DNA of 54,493 nt from a virus. Its lineage: Duplodnaviria; Caudoviricetes. The position numbers were made by a program, and so were the translations under genes. Below, one piece after another: positions 46,309 to 53,942 of this stretch. Location of the stretch: positions 1 through 54,493 of the IMG/VR virus record IMGVR_UViG_3300025528_000010. One strand, 5' to 3'. Each line of letters starts with the position of its first letter. Positions within the stretch are counted from its first letter, which is position 1. The notes below the pieces were generated by a model, which ran no database searches, had not been told where the DNA came from, and saw only the letters and a program-made list of their open reading frames with translations.

Positions 46309-46788
46309 TCACACGTCGTCATCTTCCTCAGAGCGCCGACGGCGCGGGGGCTCCTCCTTGCCCCAATTCTCAGCGATCTCGCGCAGCTCGTCGAGCGCGT
46401 CCTGGCGCTGGTTCTCGGGAATCTCGCTGAATTTCGCCGCCTTGAACCGCGCCGTGAGCTTCTTGAGAGCCTCTCGTCGCTCATCGTAATCCGAATCGTC
46501 CGTTGCATCCTCGAGGAAGCTCGTAGCCTTGAGCTTCATCTCGTCGATGCTCGGGGCCTTCTCCTTGTTCTTGCTACCCGGCGGACGACCGCGACCGCGA
46601 CGCGGGGCCTCCTTCTCCCCCACACCATCGTCGCCGTTATCGTCGCCGCCATCGTCATTGCCACGCGCCGGCTTCGCGTCCACCTTGTCCTTTAGGTTAG
46701 CGTTCGCCTTGGCGACCAAGGTGCTCAGCAGCTCGTTGTTCTTTCGGATAACCTCCGTGAGACTCTCAATGGCGGCTTCGAGGCTCAT
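46309..46788 (-). CDS. conserved replication-module protein with AT-hook
   Basis: MSLEAAIESLT coiled coil; RRGRGRPPGSKNK; C-terminal FKAAKFSEIPE; AAGGAGA RBS. Confidence 0.8.
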   Translation of the reverse strand: MSLEAAIESLTEVIRKNNELLSTLVAKANANLKDKVDAKPARGNDDGGDDNGDDGVGEKEAPRRGRGRPPGSKNKEKAPSIDEMKLKATSFLEDATDDSDYDERREALKKLTARFKAAKFSEIPENQRQDALDELREIAENWGKEEPPRRRRSEEDDDV

Positions 46789-46836
46789 GCTGCTCTCCTT
46801 CACATGGAAATTGTCTTAGATCGACGGGCGTTTCCC

Positions 46837-46880
46837 GCCCACGCGCTGATTGACATTGCACGTTTTCCGTGACAAGTCAA
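46837..46880. promoter_or_regulatory. divergent promoter region with stacked 19-bp sites
   Basis: GCCCACG..ATTGACA|TTGCACG-TTTTC-CGTGACA|AGTCAA; TTGAC hexamers on both strands. Confidence 0.65.
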
Positions 46881-46914
46881 ACGGCAGATTTCACCTCTTT
46901 GGACGGAGTCAGCG

Positions 46915-47415
46915 ATGGGTCGCTTGAATGACGCGAAAGTGCGGACAGCTCCGCCAACGCTGCGGAAGCTCCTCTCCACTCACCTGCCGCAGTTCGCCAG
47001 GAAGGGTGTCCTCAGCGAAATCGAGTTAGCCAAAGCCCTTGGCTGCTCAACGGCTCACGTCCAACGCATGCTTCGCCTCAACCGGGTGTTCAAGCGCAAC
47101 ATCCAGGCCCTCTGCTCGATCCCCGAATCGACACTCACCCCTGAAATCCTCGCACCCTACATCTTCGATGGGGACAACTACGTGCCGACGCTCGAGGAGG
47201 TTCTGGCGGACAACCTTCCACAGCATGCCAGCCGCATCAAGCGGGGTTCGGTCAGTACAACGGCCCTGGCATCCGATCTCGGCTGCTCCCGAGAGACCAT
47301 CTACAAGATGTTCCGGGCCAACCGCCTGCACTCCCACTACGTCAACCGGCTCATCTCGCTTCCCGGTTCGACGCTGACAATCGAGAAGTTGACCCCTTAC
47401 ATCAACCTCGGGTGA
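46915..47415 (+). CDS. tandem-duplicated HTH (Cro-like) regulator
   Basis: Two ~75-aa repeats: PTL..L...LPQ.A..G..S...LA..LGCS......NR.......L.S.P.STLT.E.L.PYI. Confidence 0.8.
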   Translation: MGRLNDAKVRTAPPTLRKLLSTHLPQFARKGVLSEIELAKALGCSTAHVQRMLRLNRVFKRNIQALCSIPESTLTPEILAPYIFDGDNYVPTLEEVLADNLPQHASRIKRGSVSTTALASDLGCSRETIYKMFRANRLHSHYVNRLISLPGSTLTIEKLTPYINLG

Positions 47416-47451
47416 GCGGGTACGCACCCGCCCTTCTAAAAGGGTGCCATA

Positions 47452-49815
47452 ATGATCGAGGACGTTAAGTCCCTCGTGGATTACGGCTTCGCCGTCCACC
47501 TCCTCAAGCCGAGGTCTAAGGCGCCTGTCAACGACGGCTGGTCCGAGGCTCCAGTCTACACCTATGACCAACTCAAACGCCTGTACCGACCGGGGCAGAA
47601 CGTCGGCGTTCGCCTTGGCAAGCCGTCGAGGGTCGGTGGGCGCTATCTCCATGTCATCGACCTCGACATCCGCCTACCAGAGGCAAAGGATGAGGCATAC
47701 GATGCGCTGAAAGACCTCTTCCCAGGCGTCAAGTGGTTCACCCTGCCTTGCGTCCGCTCTGGCTCAGGCGGCGAGTCGAGGCATTTCTACTTCCTCACCG
47801 ACGAGGCATTTCGGAGCCGGAAGCTGGCTCACAGTGACAACAGGCTGCGTGGAAAGGATGGTCGCGACCATTGGGAATGGGAGATTGAGCTGTTCGGCAG
47901 CGGCAAGCAGGTCGCCATCCCGCCGAGTGTCCACCCAGAGACTGGCAAACGCTATGAATGGATTCGCGAGCCCGATCTCGACCTTGGCATCCCCACCATC
48001 GACGCTGACCTCATCTACGATCTCATCCACGCCGATAACTCGACCACACCGACCTACGACAATTCCGAGCCCCTAGGTCTGACCATCGAGCAGGCGGAAG
48101 ACATCCTCAACGATCTGCAGGATTGGGCCGACGACCGTGAGACCTGGGTTCGGGTCGGCATGGCCCTAAAGCATGAGTTTGCTGACGACAAGAAGTTGCT
48201 GCAGAGAGCGTGGCAACTATTCGATGCTTGGTCGAAGAAAGGTCGCGGCTACAACAAGCGAGAGAACCTTGCTCAATGGCGCTCCTTCAAAGTCAACCGC
48301 GATGAGCTTGTCACGATGCGCTCGCTCGTGGCCGAGGTGAACGACCGTCGAATCTATGCTGCCGTTGACGAACTCGACGAGCTCGACGAGTTCGAGGACG
48401 AGCCGGAACCCCTCGACCGTGGATCATTGATCACCATGTTCGAGAGCGAGGGGTCAGAAACGCCAAAGCGTGTACCTCGCGGCATCGAGCCCGACGTGTT
48501 CGAGCAGCTCATGCGAGATGGCGTCCCGGCGAACGTGCTCGCCATTCCAGGCGTGCTCCAAGAAGTGGTCGACTACTACAACGCGACCGCGATGAAACCG
48601 CAGCCGCAGTTCGCCGTACAGGCAGCACTCGCCTTCGGCTCGGTGGTGCTCGGCCGCAATTGGTCAACAGACCAGAACAATTTCACCAGCCTCTACTTCC
48701 TGAACCTGGCTCCCACATCGGGAGGCAAGGAACACATCAAGCGCGTGATCGAGACCTTCCTCGGCGAGGCAGGTTTGGACAGCCTGATCGGGCCGAAGAC
48801 CTATTCCTCGGAGGCAGGCGTCCTGTCTACGCTCCTCCTCAAACCCAGGCACATCTCCATAACCGACGAGTTCGGACGCTACCTCGCTTCATCTCGCGGA
48901 GCCGGTAACGCCAACAAGCTCGACATGCAATCCGCGCTGATGGAGGTCTTCGGTCGCCTCGACGGCATCTACTACGGCATCGGCTACAGCACCCGTGGCA
49001 TGACGAAAGAGCAGATCGATGCTCAGAGCAACATGCGGGTCGACCGCCCAGCCCTCACGCTCGTCGGCATGACGACGCCGACCACGCTCTATGACGCCCT
49101 CGGCCAGCAGGACGTGGTCGACGGCTTCCTCAACCGATTTCTGATCGTCGAGAGCCCGCTAGGTCGCCAGGAGGAACGCTTTCGCACCTCCGTCCGAATC
49201 CCGTCTCGGGTGTTGAAGTGGGCGAGAGACAATGCCTGGCAGTGCGGAGAGGACGACGACGACCTCGAGGCGTTGCGAGCTATGGTCGAGCCGTCGCATG
49301 CCCCGGAGCCGCGCATCGTCCCATTCGCGGAGGACTGCGTTCCGATCCTCAAGGACATGTCCGCGCGCGTCCACGAGGAAATGAACCGCCTCGACGAGCA
49401 CGGTATGGCGGAACTCTACGGCCGCACCCGCGAGATCGCGATGCGCGTGGCACTTATCGTGGCTGTCAGTGATGGCAGCACCCGTGTCGAACGACGGCAC
49501 TTGGAATGGGCACGCGACTACGTTTTTTATTACCACGGACGCATGGCTCGAATTTTCACCGAGAACCTCGGCAAGACGGATTTCCAGAAAGCCTACGACG
49601 CAGTGATTGATTTTCTGCTCACCTGCGGCGACGAGGGGGCACCCGAACATATCATCGCAAGGCAGCGCCGTCGCACATTCGGCACGCTGCTTCCGCGTCA
49701 GCGGGACGAGCTCCTGCAAATGCTCATCCGTGACAACAAAATTCGCGTTGCAGAGACAAAGAGTGGTCGTGGGCCAAAAAGACCCTGGTATATCGCCGTT
49801 CGCAAGCGAAAATGA
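47452..49815 (+). CDS. primase-polymerase / PriCT-2 / helicase-like (DUF3987-type) replication protein
   Basis: NVGVRLG..VIDLD..RHFYF..IPPSVHP; WVRVGMALK..WS; APTSGGK, DEFG, DGFLNRFL. Confidence 0.9.
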   Translation: MIEDVKSLVDYGFAVHLLKPRSKAPVNDGWSEAPVYTYDQLKRLYRPGQNVGVRLGKPSRVGGRYLHVIDLDIRLPEAKDEAYDALKDLFPGVKWFTLPCVRSGSGGESRHFYFLTDEAFRSRKLAHSDNRLRGKDGRDHWEWEIELFGSGKQVAIPPSVHPETGKRYEWIREPDLDLGIPTIDADLIYDLIHADNSTTPTYDNSEPLGLTIEQAEDILNDLQDWADDRETWVRVGMALKHEFADDKKLLQRAWQLFDAWSKKGRGYNKRENLAQWRSFKVNRDELVTMRSLVAEVNDRRIYAAVDELDELDEFEDEPEPLDRGSLITMFESEGSETPKRVPRGIEPDVFEQLMRDGVPANVLAIPGVLQEVVDYYNATAMKPQPQFAVQAALAFGSVVLGRNWSTDQNNFTSLYFLNLAPTSGGKEHIKRVIETFLGEAGLDSLIGPKTYSSEAGVLSTLLLKPRHISITDEFGRYLASSRGAGNANKLDMQSALMEVFGRLDGIYYGIGYSTRGMTKEQIDAQSNMRVDRPALTLVGMTTPTTLYDALGQQDVVDGFLNRFLIVESPLGRQEERFRTSVRIPSRVLKWARDNAWQCGEDDDDLEALRAMVEPSHAPEPRIVPFAEDCVPILKDMSARVHEEMNRLDEHGMAELYGRTREIAMRVALIVAVSDGSTRVERRHLEWARDYVFYYHGRMARIFTENLGKTDFQKAYDAVIDFLLTCGDEGAPEHIIARQRRRTFGTLLPRQRDELLQMLIRDNKIRVAETKSGRGPKRPWYIAVRKRK

Positions 49816-49816
49816 T

Positions 49817-49845
49817 CGGACCCCGCTTCGGCGGGGTTCGTTTTT
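49817..49845 (+). terminator. intrinsic terminator
   Basis: CGGACCCCGC-TTCG-GCGGGGTTCG-TTTTT. Confidence 0.8.
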
Positions 49846-50099
49846 GCACTAGTTTGCACTAGTTTTGCACTAGTTTTTTTCGATAACCCTTTGATTCATA
49901 AGGATTTTTGAAAACTAGTGTAACTAGCGCCGGGTTTGGGTCACTGGGAGCATCCCGAGGAGTTTCGAGTGGTGTGATTCAGGGGATCCCAAAGGTTGAC
50001 GCGAGTTACACTAGTTTTGAAAAAATTATTATTTTTCAATGATTTAGCTATCGAAAACTAGTGCAAAAACTAGTGCAAAACTAGTGCAAACTAGTGCAA
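49843..50099. repeat. large imperfect palindrome of TGCACTAGTTT iterons (replication origin or cosB)
   Basis: Nine ACTAGT hexamers in inverted arrays; IHF consensus AATCAAAGGGTTA on the - strand at 49884-49896. Confidence 0.75.
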
Positions 50100-50156
50100 C
50101 GAGCATGGGCCGAGAAAATTCGGAAATTTTTTCTGAAAACTGCCGAGGACCGGGGT

Positions 50157-50197
50157 CGGTGGCCGCCCCCGGTGCGCCCCCCTGGCAGGAAGGACCC
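50157..50197 (-). other. lambda-like cos site (cosQ plus cosN)
   Basis: - strand reads GGGTCCT-N22-GGGCGGCCACCG; lambda has GGGTCCT-N23-GGGCGGCGACCT; the phage has a gpA-type terminase. Confidence 0.7.
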
Positions 50198-50494
50198 GAA
50201 GCCGATACGCTCGTACTACGTGTTGAGCGCCATTTCCCGCCCTATCCCGTCATGTCCCGTCGCGTTTCACCACGTATCACGCTATCCACGGTCGACCATT
50301 GGCGCGTTGTCTATGCGCGTCCTGTCACGTCCCATCACCTCCCGTCGCGTCCCAAATGCAGGCGCGAAAGCGACCACGGCGCCGGCGCGCGCCATGCGGA
50401 CATGCAGCGAGAAAACGGCTTGCGGATTAGGAATCGCGCCAGATAACCGGCGTTTAACCTTGCCCAAACGGCGCACCTTAAAGCGGCGCCGCAC

Positions 50495-50547
50495 TGTCAA
50501 GTTTTCATTGACTTGCCACGGTTTCGATTCATAATTCCAACGTGGCA
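50495..50547 (+). promoter_or_regulatory. early promoter with 19-bp-pitched sites
   Basis: TGTCAAG-TTTTC-ATTGACT|TGCCACG; TTGACT followed by CATAAT. Confidence 0.65.
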
Positions 50548-50562
50548 GAGAAAGGAAACACC

Positions 50563-50688
50563 ATGGATACGAAAATCAATCGCGCCCTTGCCTTCTGTCT
50601 TTTGAGCGACGTTCGCAAGGCAAAGGCAAGCATGTCTCTTGTGTTTTGGGAGTCTGTTGGAGTTCGCGTTGTGCGCCTTCCTTGCTGA
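50563..50688 (+). CDS. small hypothetical protein (41 aa)
   Basis: AAAGGAAA RBS; MDTKINRALAFCLL... Confidence 0.5.
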   Translation: MDTKINRALAFCLLSDVRKAKASMSLVFWESVGVRVVRLPC

Positions 50689-50699
50689 TGGAGTCGAAA

Positions 50700-50807
50700 A
50701 TGCTGAAAATCGTTCGCGCGATTGCCAGTCTTGCCTTATTCGTCTTTTACGCGGCGGGCGCCGCATCTTTCGCCTTGCTAACCGCAGTCGTATTCCGCGC
50801 CGTCTGA
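50700..50807 (+). CDS. small membrane peptide (35 aa)
   Basis: GGAG RBS; MLKIVRAIASLALFVFYAAGAASFALLTAVVFRAV. Confidence 0.5.
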   Translation: MLKIVRAIASLALFVFYAAGAASFALLTAVVFRAV

Positions 50808-50820
50808 AAGTTGCTTTCGT

Positions 50821-50860
50821 TGTCCACTTTTCCTTGACTTATCACGGTCGCGCATTAAGT
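50821..50860 (+). promoter_or_regulatory. early promoter with 19-bp-pitched sites
   Basis: TGTCCAC-TTTTC-CTTGACT|TATCACG. Confidence 0.55.
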
Positions 50861-50890
50861 TGCCGTCGTATCGATTGAGGAGTCGTTGCA

Positions 50891-51196
50891 ATGATGCCTC
50901 ATGTTGACGTGACGCCCGTTATTTTTCGCACCGACGGTGAGGGCGTAACCGCCATTTTTCCGTGCGAACCTGGAGACAGGTACGGATATACGATGCTTTG
51001 CTATGCGAAAAAGGGACAGCATAGCACCTGCAGCGTTGAATGGGCACGCTCGCGCAAGCATCGTTCCGCCACGCCAGATGAATATGCAGAATTGCGGCGT
51101 GAACTGGAGTCCGCGCCATATAATTATCGTCTGAAAATTTATCGCCGCATGCGAGGTTGGATGGAAAACGCGCGCCGTGCCAACGCGAGGAGGTAA
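50891..51196 (+). CDS. conserved hypothetical early protein
   Basis: GAGGAG RBS; VTAIFP..CYAKKGQHS..ATPDEYAELRRELE. Confidence 0.8.
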   Translation: MMPHVDVTPVIFRTDGEGVTAIFPCEPGDRYGYTMLCYAKKGQHSTCSVEWARSRKHRSATPDEYAELRRELESAPYNYRLKIYRRMRGWMENARRANARR

Positions 51197-51335
51197 CATG
51201 AGCATCGATAAGGCTTCGCCGCATGAAGCGTTCCCATATGTCATGTTTTAATTGACATGTCACGCAACACGCCTTAGCGTGCTGAAAGTAAGTTACATGG
51301 AGTCGACGTCATGAGCATCGATAAGGCTTCGCCGC
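51197..51335 (+). repeat. 26-bp direct repeat of a gene start flanking a promoter
   Basis: CATGAGCATCGATAAGGCTTCGCCGC at 51197-51222 and 51310-51335; TGTCATG-TTTTA-ATTGACA|TGTCACG lies between the copies. Confidence 0.8.
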
Positions 51336-52192
51336 TTTTTCAGGCTTACCTCTGGCACCGCATTAAGTCCGGGAAGTCCGCTTATGCCGCACTCGAGGCT
51401 GCTCGCCGCGACGTGGAAGAGGGAAGAAAGCGTCATGCGCCCGTTTCCGCCAAGCTTGGCAAGCCATTCAAGGCGTATGGCGGAATGATGCTTTGGATCG
51501 AAAACCCGGACGACGTTGGTTTGCGAATGGTTGGGGATGCACATAATATCGTGCGCCTTGATCATACTGGATGGTATTGTGACGATTTTGGAGATGGTCC
51601 GACTGCGAAAGGCGTCGTGCTGCAACTGCCTGGGCGCAACCGTCGACCGCGTTTCCTCGCTGGCATAGCTGACCCCCACAATGATGGTCCCGTGCTAGTC
51701 GACGTCGGCACCATCTGGGAAGGCGAGGAAGCCGAATGGATCCCGCCGCGCAATGGTTGGGGCGGTTATTGGGCATGGACGGATAACCCGCGCGAACATG
51801 ACGGTTGCCGCAGTGCGGCGCGCGAGGCTGACAGACTTGCAGAGCGATATGCGGAAACCGAACGTGAATATAACATAGCGTTCGATGCAGGTTGCTATTG
51901 GCGTGACACGGTCGACGAACTGCAGGCAGTACGCGCATCTGTCCGCGCCTTGCTTGCAGAACGTAAGGTCGCCAAGACTGGCAACCCCTCTTATCCGACT
52001 ATCTGCGCAGCCATTCGGCAGGATATCGCCGAAAAGCTAGAGTACATTCGCAATCTTCGCGAGCGCCGCGATGCTCTGGCAAGCGGCGATTATTCAGAGG
52101 GACCGCGTTTCTATAGTTTCTCGCTTCGGGATCCCTCGCTTGTCTCTGCATTCAATGAGGGCGCCGGGCAGACGGTTATCGCTTTGCCCTAG
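51311..52192 (+). CDS. hypothetical early protein
   Basis: GGAG RBS; 293-aa ORF with HTGWY.D..GVV.QLP and ADRLAERYAE.EREY motifs. Confidence 0.8.
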   Translation: MSIDKASPLFQAYLWHRIKSGKSAYAALEAARRDVEEGRKRHAPVSAKLGKPFKAYGGMMLWIENPDDVGLRMVGDAHNIVRLDHTGWYCDDFGDGPTAKGVVLQLPGRNRRPRFLAGIADPHNDGPVLVDVGTIWEGEEAEWIPPRNGWGGYWAWTDNPREHDGCRSAAREADRLAERYAETEREYNIAFDAGCYWRDTVDELQAVRASVRALLAERKVAKTGNPSYPTICAAIRQDIAEKLEYIRNLRERRDALASGDYSEGPRFYSFSLRDPSLVSAFNEGAGQTVIALP

Positions 52193-52221
52193 TGGCACGT
52201 TTTCCGAGTCCTGGCACGTTT
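52193..52221. promoter_or_regulatory. two TGGCACGTTT half-sites 19 bp apart
   Basis: 52193-52202 and 52212-52221, upstream of ardA. Confidence 0.55.
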
Positions 52222-52240
52222 AGGATTGAGGGTTCAAAAA

Positions 52241-52912
52241 ATGAGAATCTATGTCGCGTGTCTTGCGAGCTATAACAATGGCGTTCTGCATGGCGCATGG
52301 ATCCCGGCATCGTCGGACGTCGACGAAATGGAAGATGCGGTGCGCGCCATTCTGCGAGCGTCCCCATTTCCAAACGTCATGCGGCGCGACTGGCATTGCG
52401 AGTCGTGCGGCGCCGACGAAACGCTGACAGAGGCTGGCAATGGCGAATTTCCGCCGTGCCCTCATTGCGGCGAGATGATGGTGCCGAACGTCGACGGATA
52501 TAACGGCGGAAACCCCTATCCGTCGGCCGAAGAATACGCAATTCACGACTCGGAAGGCCTCGGACCTATCGACGAATATTCGAGTCTTAGCGATATTGCG
52601 CGCCGCGTGACAATAATTGAGGCTGCGGATGCATACGGGATTCCGGCAGACGTTGCCGCGCAAGCCGTATGTGACCTTGGCGATAATCAAACCGAACCGG
52701 ACGAATTTTTCAGCGAGCATTATCACGGCGCATTTTCATCTTGGCGCGAAATGGCAGAAGAATATATTTTGGAAACGCACGACATTAATCAAGTTCCCGA
52801 ATGGTTGATCAATCATATTGACTGGGATTCCATTGCCAGAGACTTCCAAATTAGCGGCGAACTTACAGCGTATCAGCACGACGGAACGTTCTATTTCTTC
52901 CATTCGTATTGA
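52241..52912 (+). CDS. ardA: ArdA antirestriction protein with Zn-ribbon insertion
   Basis: MRIYVACLASYNNGVLHGAWI, EEYAIHDSEG, HIDWDSIARD; strongly acidic. Confidence 0.9.
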   Translation: MRIYVACLASYNNGVLHGAWIPASSDVDEMEDAVRAILRASPFPNVMRRDWHCESCGADETLTEAGNGEFPPCPHCGEMMVPNVDGYNGGNPYPSAEEYAIHDSEGLGPIDEYSSLSDIARRVTIIEAADAYGIPADVAAQAVCDLGDNQTEPDEFFSEHYHGAFSSWREMAEEYILETHDINQVPEWLINHIDWDSIARDFQISGELTAYQHDGTFYFFHSY

Positions 52913-52957
52913 CTCCTGACGGGAAGAAAAGACTGCTAGCGACCGAGGATAACAGAC

Positions 52958-53245
52958 ATGCTGAAATATCAGGTTGAATATACGGATACATTTGGCGGCG
53001 AACCGAATTATGCATGGGTTAGACGTGCAACCATCACCATGCCAGAACTGACGCACTACGGATATGACGGATCGTCTGGTTATGCCAGGGCTAACCGTGC
53101 GTTCCAGCGCGAGCTAATGCGTAGGGCAAAGGCGGCCGTGGGCCTGACTGGGATACGTGGAGAAACTCACCGATATGGGGATACGCTCGAATTTCGTCCG
53201 CGTGGTATGGCGACCGTCCTTTTCGTGACGTGCGCTGACGATTGA
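52958..53245 (+). CDS. conserved hypothetical protein
   Basis: GAGGA RBS; EYTDTFGGEPNYAWVRR motif. Confidence 0.8.
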   Translation: MLKYQVEYTDTFGGEPNYAWVRRATITMPELTHYGYDGSSGYARANRAFQRELMRRAKAAVGLTGIRGETHRYGDTLEFRPRGMATVLFVTCADD

Positions 53246-53649
53246 CTAACCTAGTGACCTTGAGGATGCCGCAGAGGCTAACCTCTGCGGCAAGACAGAG
53301 GGAAGAAACATGCGCATTGAAACTGTCAAAGACTTCAACAAAGCTTTGGATAACGGCCCGTTTGCATGGCCGGGCGGATATCCCTTGTATTTCATTTGCG
53401 CTGATGGTGCGGCCTTGTCTTTTGAAGCGGCCTTAGAAAATGCCGATTTGATACGCGAAGCTATAGCAGAAAAAGATGATAGTGGCTGGCGCGTAGTGGC
53501 ATGCGAGGTAAACTGGGAAGCGGAATATTTATTTTGCGAACATACGGGCAAACAAATCGCGCCAGCGTATGGCGAGGATTGACTAACTTCGTGACCTTGA
53601 GGATGCCGCAGAGGCTAACCTCTGCGGCAAGACAGAGGGAAGAAACATG
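53240..53649 (+). repeat. 73-bp direct repeats (53240-53312 and 53577-53649)
   Basis: 71/73 identical; each spans stop codon, 11-bp hairpin, RBS and ATG. Confidence 0.9.
53310..53582 (+). CDS. conserved hypothetical protein
   Basis: AWPGGYPLYF..DG.ALS..VNWE..L.C motif; RBS lies within the repeat. Confidence 0.8.
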   Translation: MRIETVKDFNKALDNGPFAWPGGYPLYFICADGAALSFEAALENADLIREAIAEKDDSGWRVVACEVNWEAEYLFCEHTGKQIAPAYGED

Positions 53650-53877
53650 AAAGCACGCTATCTAACCGCCCCGTCGTATTGGGCAAGCTATCTCATAAAT
53701 GGCGACGCAAGCGGAATCGAGCCAGAGGAGAAAGCCGCCTGCGACATGTGGCTCGAGTCGGAGGGCCTAGGGTTCCCAGTATCCTGCGAGGATGCGGGCT
53801 TCCTCAAAAACCATGACGCTTCCCGCTTCGCTCTGCCAGCAGACTGCCAAACGTACCTGTTTCTGATGCCGGATTAG
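53647..53877 (+). CDS. hypothetical protein
   Basis: P.YWASYLINGDASG motif; RBS lies within the repeat. Confidence 0.75.
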   Translation: MKARYLTAPSYWASYLINGDASGIEPEEKAACDMWLESEGLGFPVSCEDAGFLKNHDASRFALPADCQTYLFLMPD

Positions 53878-53942
53878 TAACCGTGCGCCACCTGGAGGCT
53901 TCGATCAGTGGCGCACTAAGCACCAACCGAGGAGGTAAGAAG

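Noticed and set aside
49843-50099. Repeats as a CRISPR array
   Set aside because: Units are 10-12 bp, adjacent and inverted, with no unique spacers
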